A stretch of 64,000 nucleotides of DNA from Eledone cirrhosa (GCA_964016885.1 OZ024741.1:317936001-318000000), one strand, 5' to 3'; shown: positions 1-12,899, counted from the stretch's first letter. The notes: generated by a model from the sequence alone, not told the origin. Program-made: numbers and translations.

Positions 1-517
1 AATTAAAATAATTTCATGACATTTCAAACCCATCTGTAAGTGGATATAATGACTAAAAGGAGGTAAAATCACTTAGCTCATGTGCAATCCATTTGAGGTA
101 TTAAAAATAAAACCTCCTAAAGAATCAATCCATTTTATTGCAATTCTAAATTCACTGAGGGATAGGGTGGGGGTAATATATCTTCCACATTTTAGTTAAA
201 AATTCTAGATACCATTGACAATAGATCTCCTTTAGATGTGAAAGTGCCTTTGGTTCTATGATATAAATAGTTTAATATGTTTATAAAGAGTGTCCATCAT
301 AATTTAATGTAAGACCATTTGTTTTCCAAACACCTGATAAGTAATGAGAAAGTTAGTTATATTGCTAAATCCTTCCAAATTCTTGATTTTTTTCAAAATT
401 ATTTCGAATTCTTAGGCTGTGTCCTTCATTAGAAATATGGTAATGGAAGGATTAAAGAAAATGAAAATATTTTATACAATTAATTAAATTCATTGTGTAT
501 ATATATGTTAGGGTTCA

Positions 518-550
<33 letters not shown>

Positions 551-551
551 G

Positions 552-680
552 TGTTTAATATAGAAATGGCTTCTATAGGACTAGAACTATTTCATTCAAA
601 GGAAATCATCAGGACTTTCCTGATGATTTCCTTTGAATGAAACAGTTCTAGTCCTATAGAAGCCATTTCTATATTAAACA
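552..680. repeat. Near-perfect palindrome (63-bp arms, 3-nt loop), probable inverted end of a Penelope-like element
   Basis: 552-614 is the reverse complement of 618-680 with one mismatch; loop CTT; contains CTGATGA...GAAAC. Confidence 0.9.
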
Positions 681-825
681 TTATATACTCTATGTATTGA
701 GTACCTTACTTACTGTGGTTACCCCTGATTGAACCCAGGATACACACGCATCCAAGGACCGACAAAGGAACCATAACGTCTATATACACAATGAATTCAA
801 TTAATCGTATAATATAATATATATA

Positions 826-965
826 TGGTGATTTGGCAGAGTTGTTAGAATGTTGGAATGCTTTGCAGTATTCATTTCAGCTCTTGGCACTCTGAGTTTA
901 AATTTTGCTTAGGTCAATTATGCCTTTCATCCTTTCCAGGTTGATAAAAAAAAATATCAGTCCAA
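826..965 (+). mobile_element. tRNA-derived SINE, family 1 (partial)
   Basis: TTGGCAGAGTTGTTAGA...CTCTGAGTTTAAAT...GCCTTTCATCCTTT...GTTGATAAAA, homologous to 42214-42432. Confidence 0.75.
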
Positions 966-1369
966 CTTTGAATCAGTTCTTCCTCTATATTTCTTTCACA
1001 CCTCCTCTCTATTACTCTCTCCTTCTCTGAAAGAAATTGGCTATGTTCAGACTTGTTAAGGGATGAGCTCTGACAGGTTTTAAATGCCCAATGTCATGCC
1101 AGTGCCCCTACAACCCCGTTCACATATATACACATATACATCACATATAACAAAAAAATATTTTTTCTTTGATAGCAAGGCCCTCATGCTTATTATATAT
1201 AAACATATGGTATATGCTTTCATATACACCCCTATTATATTTAATGCTATTTTAGCACTACTGATATAACAGCTCTGCATGAAACCCATTGCATTGAGCT
1301 TCTAACCATCTGGTAAAGCAGTTTTAATACACCATTTAATAATATTATTACTATTATATATATATATAT

Positions 1370-1520
1370 ATAAGAAAAGTTAACAATTAAAAACAACTCA
1401 GGAGAACAATACAGTAATGCTATATTGATAATTGGAAAAGAATAATGCTTTGGACACTAGTCCTTCATTGGAAGATAGAATGAGAGAGAAGAGAGGATGT
1501 TTAGGAGAATTAAAAAGAAA
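1370..1520 (-). mobile_element. Penelope-like terminal-repeat remnant with decayed hammerhead motif (1441-1475)
   Basis: Minus strand TCTT-CCAATGA-AGGAC-TAGT-GTCC-AAAG-CATT, homologous to 9495-9530 and 12979-13014; abuts (TA)n. Confidence 0.5.
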
Positions 1521-2174
1521 GGAGCAACCATGTGTAGTTGGTAGGTTAGTGGATCAGCCTTAATGCTATTAGAACAAGTGGGCTAGAGATCCAAGCATGT
1601 TTGAATGATTGATGGCATAAACACAGGAACTGAGTAAAAATATTGTATCTCTTTATTAATGATATTCCATATGATCATTTCATTGTTGCACAGTAGGGTC
1701 AACGATATTAACCCTTTACTCTATATTTACTATTGTATTTTAACCATTAGGTCATGCACCATCATAAATAAGAATCAGTTATGACAATTTTGTTAAATAT
1801 AATCATTAAAAATTTATAATTAAATAAGCTTGAAATAAGGAAACTACAAAGAATGAGCAAAATAGACAAGAATAAAAATCAAAAGTAAAAATATAAACAA
1901 GTAAATGGTCATATGATGTATATGGATGGTAATTGGTGGGTAAAAACAAATGCCAGGAGTTCCATGTGAAAGGAAGACATGGGCAGATCTGAAAACGCTG
2001 AACTTCACAAAGGATATAAGAAAGGAATGCAATAAGTGGAGGGAAGCTGTGATAGAACAGGTTTGTTCAAATCCTGCAAGCAAGGAAAAACAGACATAAA
2101 AAGGATGATGATGAAATGGATGTAGAAAATAAAAAAAAAATAGGGATCAATAAAGGACTAAATAAAAAAAAAAT

Positions 2175-2350
2175 TTGTTTTTACTTTTGGCACAAGGCCA
2201 CCAATTACTCCAGTGCATTACTGGTGCTTTATTTTATCGACCCTGTCAGGATGAAAGACAAAGCTAACCGGCAGGATTTTGAACTCAGAATGTAAAGGTC
2301 CATAACTCTATCCTGCAAAGCATGGTGTCTAACGTTCTACTGATACTGCC
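2175..2350 (-). mobile_element. SINE family 1
   Basis: GGCACAAGG...TTTTATCGACCC...GGATGAAAG...GGATTTGAACTCAGAA is the reverse complement of the family consensus seen elsewhere in the window. Confidence 0.8.
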
Positions 2351-2455
2351 ATAAATAATGGTCATAGTTATGTCCAACCCCTAGTTGTTGATATACAAGT
2401 GGATTTGATAGGATCTATTCTAGAAAAGGCAAAAAGAAAATTATTGAACACCCAT

Positions 2456-2873
2456 AACTCTTTGATATCAACCTAAAACTGCCTCTTGCTCTATGAAATG
2501 AAATCTTTTAAACTGGCCGGAATTCTTTCAACTCTTTCTGTTTAAAACGGCCATAATGGTTGCTCATACTTATGTTAAGTTATTGTTCTCAATAAATAAT
2601 ATCAAAATGTCATAGATTCGATATGTGAGATATTTATGTGAAATAAAGTGTTTACCGTGAAAATACTGTAGTAAACAGAGTAATGTAAATGTTAGAGATT
2701 CTACTGAAATTAAAATCTTCCAACACAATTTGATATAAGAAACTTTTCAGTTATCTTACAAATACCACCTTAGTAATGAAATCATTAACAATCTTAGTAA
2801 ATCCCTCTGAATTCTTAATTTATTAAGTGAAATACAGTGTATTTCATTAAAAATATAATCATGAAAGAGTTAA
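2456..2873 (+). mobile_element. TTAA-type MITE (family B-related) with nested family A MITE (about 2505-2697)
   Basis: Ends AACTCTTTGATA... and ...GAAAGAGTTAA; internal segment matches MITE A. Confidence 0.6.
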
Positions 2874-3009
2874 ACAGCAAACAAAATTCTTTGGTTGTAA
2901 TGAGAAGAAAATCCTTGGAACAAGTAGCATAGCCAAGGCTCTCAGTGTTCCAGAGGCCAAAACCCTTAGGGTGCCCTTACCTTAATTAACAGATATGTGG
3001 GGATCACGA

Positions 3010-3232
3010 GAAAAACCACCCAGTCCACACTGTAAAGTGGTCATGTAGAAGTCAACAAAAGGCACCAAACACACTAAACGTAGTTGGTGTTAGGAAGAGC
3101 ATTCAGCCATAGAAACCAAGCCAGAAACAGTTCTATATGTGCAAGACACGGTCACTTGACACAACTAGCCTCTAATGGGACAACCCGTCTAATCCATGCT
3201 AGCGTGGAAAATGGACGTTAAATGATGATGAT
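3010..3232 (+). mobile_element. RTE LINE 3' UTR fragment with (GAT)n tail
   Basis: CACACTGTAAAGTGGT...CCCGTCTAATCCATGCTAGCGTGGAA...GACGTTAAATGATGATG, the same 3' end as 30030-30573. Confidence 0.75.
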
Positions 3233-3819
3233 AGGCCAGAGTAAATGTTGCTAGGAGGCTGACGGGCATTGCTTCTCATATCCACTAGCAACACCTCTAC
3301 ATGGAACATCTGATAACAAAAGGAAATATAATAGGGTTAACATCTTGGCTAGTGGTGGTGTGTTTGGACATGTAGCGAAAAAGAGAGTCCCTTGGCACAT
3401 TCTGGTATCAATAAAAAATATAATCTTGGCTAGTGGTAGATGGTAGTGGTGGTGTGGTGCCGTCTAATATTGGTATATTGGGACGTAATGAGAAAAAGTC
3501 CCCTAGGACATCTGGTAACAACAGGGAAAAGGAGTAGAGGTAAACATAAAAACTAATGGATTGGTTAACATCTTGGCTAGTAGCAGAGGAGACAACAACT
3601 ACTACCACCCAGATGGTTAGAGACTGTGGTATAGAGAGAGATAGTTGTCTACACTACTAGTATCAGAGACAGCAATAACCACCATCCAGATGGTTAGAGA
3701 CCATGGTATAGAGAGATAGTTGTCAACATTACTAGTATCAGAGACCATATCATATGGAGAGAGATGGCACAACCACCACTTTCAGGTACAGAAAGGATGA
3801 CATAACCACCAGTCAGGTT

Positions 3820-5730
3820 ACATATCTTAGGGTTGCCATTCTCTATGTAGCAACACTGAAAGACGTATTTGGAGAAATTGTGGAGTTGTTTGAGAGGAGA
3901 CGTATGGATGTATGTTGTGTTGAAGAGGTGAGAAGGAGGGGTGTCTCAACATTACTACACACAAGAAGACAATGCAAATATAAGCTTTTCTGGGTTGGAA
4001 ATGATGATGATATATGTGGAGTAGGCATTCTACTAGATAGTGGATAGATATGGTAATTGAGGTAGTTAGAGTGACAGAGTTGTCTTAGCCAATAAAATGA
4101 TGACAGTTATCTCTAACTGTACATCACAAGCAAGACTAAGTTAAGAACAAAAGGACCATTTTTATGAAGAACTCTGACAGACAACTTCAGTTACAGATGG
4201 CAGAGACCTCATCATACAAGCTGGTAACTTCAAAGAACATGTTGGTCAACTCCTGGATGGCTACATTAGAGTACATGGTGGCTATGGTTATAGTGTGAAG
4301 AAGGAGAAAGGCTCCTAGAATTTGGTGATGCAAATGAACAAACCATTTGCGACACAGACTTCAAGAAACCAGCCAGCTATCTAATCACCTACCAAGCAGG
4401 TGAGCACACAAGCCAGATTGACTTCTTGTTAGAAAATGAGGTAGACAGATGGCTATGAATGGTAAGTCATTCTCTGGAGAAGAATGCACCATGCAACATA
4501 GGTTAGTTGTTAGTGATATCAGAATTAGCACAAGATGGAACAAGGAACAGGAAAATATGGAGGAAAGTATGGAAGTTGAAGGACCTCTCTGTTAAATATA
4601 AATTTAGAAAAGCTCTATGTGATGCATATGACAAGAGGAAGGAGGTGTTAGATACATATAACATAGAAGACAATTAGAAGTTCCTATGTGATAACCTACT
4701 CAGGCTACTGAGGATACATGTGATTGGAGAAAAGCGAAGAGATGTGTGAAAACTAGTATTAGTAAAGATCTGTACCAGGTGGTTAAAAGAAGCTAGACCA
4801 CAAGTATACATAGCATGAAAAGAAGCTGAAAGCAGGGTGTTGTCCATTATCTTGTGATGTGAGCTGTTCCACATTGATAAAACAGTGTATCAGTGAAAAC
4901 CAGTATGTTGTTTGGGAAAAGTGCATTCGAAATGACATTGGTGCAATTAGCATCACTGATGCTCAAAAGAAAGCAGTCTGGAAATGCTATTAAGAGAGGT
5001 TATTAATTGTGGACCAAAATTAAAAGTTATAGGGTCAAAGAAGCAATCAAGATAAAAAACAGTCAAGTTGCTGGCTCATCAGAAATGATTGCTAAGATGC
5101 TGAAATCTTCCAGGGAAGTAGGAGTCAAACTACTCACCCAAATAATCCATCACATAGTACATGATGGGATCATGCCTAATGACTGGCACATCAGTATACT
5201 CATTAATTGTTATAATGGAAAAGGTGAGGCTCTGGAAAGGAGCAACTGATGGATCAAGTAATGAAAGTGACAGAAAAAGTCTTAGCACAGTTAATTAAGG
5301 AAAGAGTTAAATTAGATAAGATGCAGTTTGATTTTGTGCTAGGGAGGTGCCCTCTTCTTATTGAGACAACCACAAGAGGAACACCTAGCAAAGTGTAAAT
5401 CACTATATCTAGCTTTTATTGATCTGGAGGAGGCCTTTGACAGGGTACCCGGATCTGTCATCTGGTGGTCCTTAAAGAAACTAGGTGTAGAAGAATGGCT
5501 TGTGAGAGCAGAGGAACTATCAATTAGGTGAGAGTGAGTAATGAGTTTAGTGAGGAATTCAATGTGCAGGTAAGGTTCCCTAGCTCGTTCATAGATTTTG
5601 CTATAAGAACAAGGTCATTGGTGTACAGAAGTAGGGCAGCCTACTTTAAACTCCTCTAATATGGCCTGGAGGGCTATAATAAACATAAGTAGACTGAGGA
5701 TGAAGACCTACCTGCAAATTGAATTTCTCA
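3820..5730 (+). pseudogene. Degenerate RTE-clade LINE (APE endonuclease + RT); final about 155 bp inverted
   Basis: NVxTL/DVCCVEEVR/YKLFWVGN...GVGIL endonuclease motifs; MPNDW..S.LINCYNGKGEALERSN; AFIDLEEAFDRV; many stops and frameshifts. Confidence 0.85.
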
Positions 5731-5896
5731 CATGCAGAGGGCACTGTGCTTTCTTGATAGGATGAGTGTCTCAGGCTTTGCAGCACTAACTTTCATTCCT
5801 GCCATGCAGCTCTGTGGCAAACCTATCCAGTACATGTGGTAAGTAGTACCATTCCATCTGCTAATTCTAGCCAACTAATCCTACACCTGCTGGTTT

Positions 5897-6960
5897 TCAT
5901 ACCACTTTCAACCTGACTATATATGTCAACATATATATGTCAATCCTGTTCATGAATATTATGAATAGGATAGGTAACAATATGTACCCTTGGTGGAGTC
6001 CAACGTCTGCATTGAATGATTTTGACTTAGGGCATTCATATAGTGACTTCAAAGCAACAAGAAGCTGGCCATCAATCTGATACTCCTGCAAAACCTCTCA
6101 CAAGTCCCATGGAATGAAGTCATATGCATTTTCAAGGTCCACTATACCAGCATACAGCTCTTGGCAATACTCCCACAATTCCTTGAAGACCTGCCGCAGT
6201 GTGAATATGTGGTCAGCAGTGCTATGTCCAAGGTTGAAAAATAACACTTTTTGTCAGTTAGCTTGTATTCAACAATACCCCTACATCTTTTTGCCATAAA
6301 CTAAGCACAAGGAGATTTCTCTATAATTAGAGTAATCTCGTTTCCCTTTTTGAAAATTGGAATTATCACTCCCAATTGCCATTGCTTTGGTGCCTTTCCA
6401 AAGATCTAGACCACTCGGCACTTACAAGTCAGCCAAAGAATACTTTCTCTATTTAAGGCTTTTAACATCTCAGACAGAATTTCACCCTCCCCAGAGGCCT
6501 TGCCACATTTGAGTGTTTTAATTGCTCTGGTGACCTCAATCTCCAAGAGGTTAGTCTTCATCCCTAGATGCACATCATGTACATCAGATTTTGTGACCAG
6601 ATTTATGAGCTCAGGAAAATATTTTCTGCATCTTGCAAGGATGCATCACTCTGAAGAGAGAAACCCAGATGGGTTCCTGAAAGCAGGAGTGGACTTCTTA
6701 TTACGAAGTTGGTGGATGGTCTGCCAGAATACTTTATTTGCTGATCTAAAGTCAGATTCTAGCTTAACCCTAAAGTCATCTTAACCTTAGATGTCTTTAC
6801 TATCTCTGTTTCTGCTGTACTTTTTGCACCTGCTTGTATCACAAGGAAGACATATTTCCAATGCAAACGTTGTAAACCTCCTTTCTTGCTTGGATTGCAC
6901 CTTTAACTCCCTGATTAAACCAGTGGGTACTCCTGCTACCCGGTGCCACACTGTCCTTGA
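5897..6960 (-). pseudogene. Degenerate RTE/Rex3(Expander)-like LINE RT fragment
   Basis: ORF 5897-6091 EYQIDGQLLVALKSLY...FNADVGLHQGYILLPILFIIFMNRI; upstream WQxGVIIPIFKKG and DHIFTL motifs. Confidence 0.75.
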
Positions 6961-7502
6961 TTTCCATTATACCATATATACTTATAGATAACTTTATGCT
7001 GGAAAGTGTTCATAACAGAGAGCCAAAATTCTTCATTAATTAATTCAAATACAGTGTATTTGATTAGAGTTATGGTTATGAAAGGGTTAGAGAAATGAAA
7101 AGACAATCTGGTTTTAAAGAACTTCTTTATTACAAAAGATGAAAGCTACAGAATGGACTGATTGGGATTGTGAAAATTATTATCAACTAAAAAACTAATT
7201 CCTTGTTAATACAATAACAGAAATGATAAAAGAAAAACTAAAAAATGTTTTTTATCAAATGTTTCCAAGAACATAAAAAACAAAGTAAAATATGATGAAA
7301 TTGTTGTCAAATGGGGTGCATGTGTATCTAAATAAAATCCAGGGTGTAACCTTGAAAGTTTCCATACACTAGATAAATTTTATTTCACGCGATAACTTTA
7401 TGAAATAGATATCTAAATTTATGTATATATTACCTAAGAATCAAATATAGTCTCCCTAAAGCTAGTGGAAAATAAATAAATATATAATCAGAGACACTAT
7501 AT

Positions 7503-7735
7503 TGAACTCTTTTCGTATCAAATCATCTGAAACCATACTAGTTCCATGATTCAAAACCATGTTTTTTAAGTGTTCATATTTATCTAAAAACCTTCCATCA
7601 TAATTTTATGTAAGAACCTCTATTATGTTCCAAACATCATCATAGTCAAGAGAAAGTTAGTGATATTACTAAACTCCTCCAAATTATTGATCGTTTTTAA
7701 AGTTATGTGAAAACCTAGGCAGGGTAGCAAAAAGA
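7503..7735 (+). mobile_element. TTAA-type MITE family B
   Basis: Shares CTGAAAC..., TATTTATCTAAAAACCTTCCATCATAATTTTATGTAAG, GAGAAAGTTAG..ACTAAA..CCTCCAAA with other copies (about 230-452, 8498-8714, 15358-15600). Confidence 0.7.
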
Positions 7736-7739
7736 TTAA

Positions 7740-7946
7740 CCCTTTAGTATTTAAACCAGCTGTATCAGGCCAGAATTCTCACACACCTTTCTGTTGAAAC
7801 CAGCTGTAATTGGCTACTCATACCTATGTTAGGTATGGTTCTCAAAATAAATAACATCAAAATCTCGTAGCTTTGATATTATGTGAGATAAATCCTTTAA
7901 TGTAAAAATACAAGAGTATATATAGAGTAATGTAAATGCTAAAGAG
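7740..7946 (+). mobile_element. piggyBac-type MITE family A (about 210 bp, TTAA TSD)
   Basis: TTAA|CCCTTTAGTATTTA ... TAAATGCTAAAGAG|TTAA terminal inverted repeats. Confidence 0.85.
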
Positions 7947-8497
7947 TTAAACATAAGTATAAGTACAGTACTTTATTTAGAGACTTTAAAATGAATGGGG
8001 AGTTCCATGGTGGGGAAGGAGTGCATCATAATTTATATTGTCATGGTCACACTATAGTCCTCTTGACACAAAACTGACCCTTATGTTGATGGGGAGAGGT
8101 GCTGCAATTTATATTCCAGCCTATCATGGTCATACTTTAACCTTTTTCATACTAAACTCCCTATGTTAATGGCAAAGAAGCGGGGGTGGGTGGGGTAATT
8201 TATATCCTAGTCCATCAAGGTTACACAAAAAAAAAAAATTTTAACAGGAGAGAATAAAATGACATAGAAAAATACCTTTTTATCAATTGTGGTATATATA
8301 TTTGTTTATTGAATGTTCACATATGCAATCTTCCATGCACAGGTAAGTATGAAGAAATGGAAACATTTTCATGTATTTATAAACAGATGTGTGTTAATCA
8401 GTGTAGAGGTGTTGATGGGTGAAAGTCAAAGTCAAAATTGCAATCAACATCAAAGAATTAAATCATTTTATGATTTGTTGTGTTCTGCATTCATTTA

Positions 8498-8835
8498 ACC
8501 ATTTCCCTACCAAACCAGTTGAAATCACCAATAGAAACTGTTTATTTTGAAGGGTTTATATTTATCTAAAAATCGTCCACCATAATTTTTTATAGGAATT
8601 TTTGTTTCAAATACCAAGAAAGTTAGTTATATTTCTAAAACTCTCCAAATTTTCAATTATTTGAAAATCATAGGCAATACCAGTCATTACATTAGAAATA
8701 TGGTTACCAAAGTGTTAAGTTATGCTCCAAACACCAGTTTAATAATGAGAAAATTAGTTTTATTTCTAAAACCCTCCAAATTTTCTATTAGTTTCTAAAT
8801 TAACTTTAATTTCATTAGAAATATTGTTACAAAAG
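8498..8835 (+). mobile_element. MITE family B with tandem partial repeat
   Basis: Family B core followed by a second CACCAGTTTAATAATGAGAAA...CATTAGAAATAT unit. Confidence 0.65.
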
Positions 8836-9208
8836 GATAGAATTTTGTTGGTGAAATCTTTAAAATGTTTTGTGTTCAAAAATATTTCCACCAACTCAAC
8901 AAAGGTGGGGTTAATGAAGAGGTCTGTAATGGTCAATATTCCTTTAAATGTGTATGTTGTTGCTAGAAATCGAGTTAAATGCCTCCATTTTAATCTTCCA
9001 GTTGAACACTTCTATAATAAGCTGTGTAAACCAATCAAACAGCTGTACCTATAATATTGATCAAAGTTCAATCACTCTCTTAGTCTCCTCTCTTACTCTT
9101 TCTGACATATGTACCTTCTCCCAGCATTTCCTGTTTTTCCTTAATTTGTCTTCAAGTATTTGTTTACAAACACAAATTTCTCTCTACGTCTCTCTATATA
9201 TATATACT

Positions 9209-9240
<32 letters not shown>

Positions 9241-9399
9241 ATAGTAGGACATTGGTGGGTTATATTCGTAGTAGTAGAGCACTCAGTCCATGGGATGAGT
9301 TTGGTAGAAGTAGTTTCAAAGGTGAAACAATTGTTCTCGGTAAAGGTGAACTAACTGTTGTGGAACTACTTCTATGTGTGTGTGTGTGTGTGTAAATAT

Positions 9400-9600
9400 A
9401 TTTGTAAGTAAAAGGTAAACAGAAATAACAAAGCAAACGACACAGTATATTGAAGAAATATATTAGTTTAACGCTTGAAATAACAGGAAAAGAGTCTTAA
9501 TGTTTTTGACACTAGTCCTTCATCAGGAGATAGAGTTAAAAATAGAAGATCAATAGAAAGATAAAGAGTGAGAAGAGAAAGGAACGAGGAAAAGAAAACA
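9400..9600 (-). mobile_element. Penelope-like terminal-repeat remnant with hammerhead motif (9495-9530)
   Basis: Minus strand TCTC-CTGATGA-AGGAC-TAGT-GTCA-AAAA-CATT-AAGA; ends at (CA)n. Confidence 0.55.
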
Positions 9601-10096
9601 CGTGCGTATTTAGTCAGCCATATATATACACGTTTGGTAGCAATTACTTTCTATAGTTCTAGTTCCTTAGAAGTCATTTATATATAAAATAATGATGCCT
9701 ATACTCTACCAGTGTATTGAGTGCCTTTTTCAACAGTGGTCACCTCCCGATCCCCATCGGGAATCCACCCACAATTATACATATATATTTATGTAGATGT
9801 AGCGAAAATGTTCATAGGAAGAAAAAAAGAAAAGAGTGCTCTATCTTGTTAAGACTCTTTCCTTACTATATCAAGTGTTAAATGAATATATATCTTCCCT
9901 GTACTGTACTGTTTACTTTCCTTTTACATTTCACATACATGATTATATATATATATATGTATAATAAACACACTAAACATACACTGAGCATATATACTGT
10001 ATATAGAGTCAATATAGTATTTATTATCATTGACTGTTTACTTCAAAGGTTTGCCAGTAGCATGAGTGAAACTTTGGAGTAAACATTTACTATTAA

Positions 10097-10271
10097 CCTT
10101 TTAGCATTTAAACTGACCGTATCCAGTCAGAATTCTCTCACCTCTTTCTGTTCAAACTGGCTGTAACTAGCCACTCATACTTATGTTAAGGTGTTGGTCT
10201 CAAAATAAATAATATCAAAATCTCATAGATTCGATATTATGTGAAGTAAAGCCTTTACCTCACATAATATC
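10097..10271 (+). mobile_element. MITE family A (3' truncated)
   Basis: TTAA|CCTTTTAGCATTTAAAC...AGAATTCTCTCACCTCTTTCTGTTCAAAC. Confidence 0.8.
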
Positions 10272-10830
10272 TCCTCTTCCTCTACACCTCTTTATTCTTC
10301 CCCATCCATGTTAACCAATATATGTTGACTGAATTTAAAGCCACTCATTTAGTTCTCTGAAGAGGCCTAGTGAACACTTGCTTTGTTGTAAAGAGATGAA
10401 TAAATCAAACTATATATTTATGATAAATATAGAGCTTTTCCTTACTTCTAGACTACTAAGATCATCAGATAAGAGAAATGCTGGCACCAAGATAAAGTGC
10501 ACCCAGTCCACTCTGTAAAGTGGTTGATGTTAAGAATGGCAGACAATAGTTGAAACCATGAGCAAGATGTGATCACCTGACCTACAGAGTCATGGACGAA
10601 GACAACCTGTCCAAACCATGTCGGTGCAGAAGACATACATAAAACAGTGATGATGATGATGATGATGAATACACACACACATATATATATACACATACAT
10701 ATATCTATCCCTATATGCACATACATATATTATATATAGAAATATATAAAACACACTCAATGTTTGGTTTGGGTTGTGTTTCGCTTCAGTATATTTTATA
10801 TTTTTATAAAAAAACCTTGCAAAACAATAA

Positions 10831-10862
<32 letters not shown>

Positions 10863-11062
10863 CATATATCTATATGTATATACATCTATCTATATATATT
10901 ATATATACATATATCTATCTATATGTATATATCATATATATATATATACAACTATCTATATATCATATATATATATTCATCTATCTATATGTATATATAA
11001 TATATATATATATTATATATACATATATCTATATGTATATATAATATATATATAAATACACA

Positions 11063-12035
11063 CAGGGTGCGGATGGTATTTGTTTGTAATTTTCAACTGC
11101 TAATTTAGCACATATTTTAAAAACTTTCTTTGTTGTTTTTTTTTTTTGCTTGAAAACAACCATTTTTACATTTTTTGCAGACTATGAACAATTGGAAGAG
11201 GCATGGAATTCTCCTTGGAATCTGCACTGGAAGGACAAACAAAGAGATTTCAGACTTTCTCAGTGTGAGCTGAAGGATGGTGGAAAAGATCAGAAAGGAG
11301 TTGGAATATTCAGGATTCACCTATGAGGAGGCAGCAGAGAGGAAAACCCATGATCGACAAATCTGATACGGTAGTCCAAGAGATCAACAATGATCCCAAC
11401 AAGTTGATGCATGTCATTTCAAGAGAGGAAGCTCACTAGGCTGGTGGTGCATGAGGACATTCGCTACTTTTCATACAAGATGAGGAAGGGACAATTTCTG
11501 TCTAAGGTGATGCAGAAAAAGCAACTCAAACACACCAAGAAGCTGATCAAAAAGTTGAAACACCTGTTGGAGCCAGACATTCTGTGGTTCTTCTCTGATT
11601 AGAAGAACTCCTGCCAGAACCAGAAGATCAACCCTCAGAACAAGACATGCCCAGAGTCATGCAAACGAAGTTTCCAATGACAATCATGGTCTTTGGTGTC
11701 GTCTTGCCACCCCACTTCTTCCCGGAAGGCCTCAGGATGAACACAGATGACTACATTTGTGTTCTGAGTGAGGTGGTGAAGCCCTGGATTGACTGAGTAG
11801 CTTCAGGAAGGCCATACATGTGGCAGCAAGTTGGGCCTCATGTTGGGAGATAATGAAGAAAGCTTATGGCCAGTCCCGAGTCTGTCATCGAAGCCAAAAG
11901 CAGATTTATCGAGGGAGATCAACAGAATGTCATGAAGACAAACTGACGTAAGTTTGGTAAATATATCTAAAAAATAAAAACTGTGTTATTTTCTCCCAGA
12001 CAGTAATCTTGTGAACGAATACCATCTGCATCCTG
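11063..12035 (+). mobile_element. Tc1/mariner-superfamily (DD37D/maT-like) transposon, internally deleted
   Basis: TIRs CAGGGTGCGGATGGTATT / AATACCATCTGCATCCTG; transposase remnants VHEDIRYFSYKMRKGQFLS, LWFFSD, PPHFF, YMWQQ; inserted in TA/CA microsatellite. Confidence 0.85.
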
Positions 12036-12625
12036 TGTGTATATATATATATATATTACACACACACATATATATATATATATAAAATAATAGCTGTATC
12101 TTGGTTTAAAAAACTGCCATCCCTTGACCTTTTTTTTCATACAATGGTGGCACAAACATGAATTTTTAGCCCTTCCAAGGACTGATTCCTTTCTGCTATG
12201 CAGCAGTGAGAGAAAAGAGAAAAGGCCATGCTCATGCAACACATGTGAAAGTCGTTTAGATAAAGTGATGCCTGTGCTTAAAGCATTTTTAAGAAAGGCC
12301 TTGCATTGGACCAATCCCACTCTTTGAACAATGGTGATGGGTATTCAAAGACAACAGCTCAACATCATTGACTGCAATTGAATCACAGGCTTTAGATCAG
12401 TTTTCCTTCTAGAATGATGTCCTAACAATAACTAGGGGTCTCTCACTCCCAGTGGGCTAACTGTGTGATTGGGCAGTATTTCCATGACCTCCATATACAT
12501 ACACACACCCACACACACCGTCTAACTTATGCTAGCGTGGAAGAGACGTTAAACGATGATGATGATGATGATGATTTTAAAGTAAATATTATGTGGAGAT
12601 ATAACCACTGTTTTAGGGGTAGTTA

Positions 12626-12666
12626 TCCTCTGATGAGGACACAATAATGACTGAAATGCATCAGGA
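12626..12666 (+). ncRNA. Decayed minimal type I hammerhead ribozyme motif (Penelope-type)
   Basis: TCCT-CTGATGA-GGACA CAATAA TGACT-GAAA-TGCA-TC-AGGA: both core boxes intact, stem I TCCT/AGGA, palindromic stem III. Confidence 0.55.
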
Positions 12667-12899
12667 AAATCTCTTACGTTTTTCTATGTATGGAGGAACA
12701 CTTGAAAGTGTTTACACTTCATTTTTTCCCTAACAAAGACTTCTAGTTTAACAACTGTAGTTATATAAATATTAAATTTACCTTAAAATTTTCAAATATA
12801 TGCTTTTTTTAGTATATATATATATATATAATTATACTAAATTATTCTCCTGAGGTGTTTTCCTCATCAACTTTTTACACATACATATACACATTTATT

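Noticed and set aside
1020-1065. CTGAAAGA...ACTTGTTAAGGGA as another hammerhead
   Set aside because: GAAA box and stem II not recoverable; too degenerate to support
3335-3800. Local 75-95 bp duplications (AACATCTTGGCTAGT; CCAGATGGTTAGAGAC), with a similar pair at about 54660-54860
   Set aside because: Ordinary short tandem duplications with no further structure
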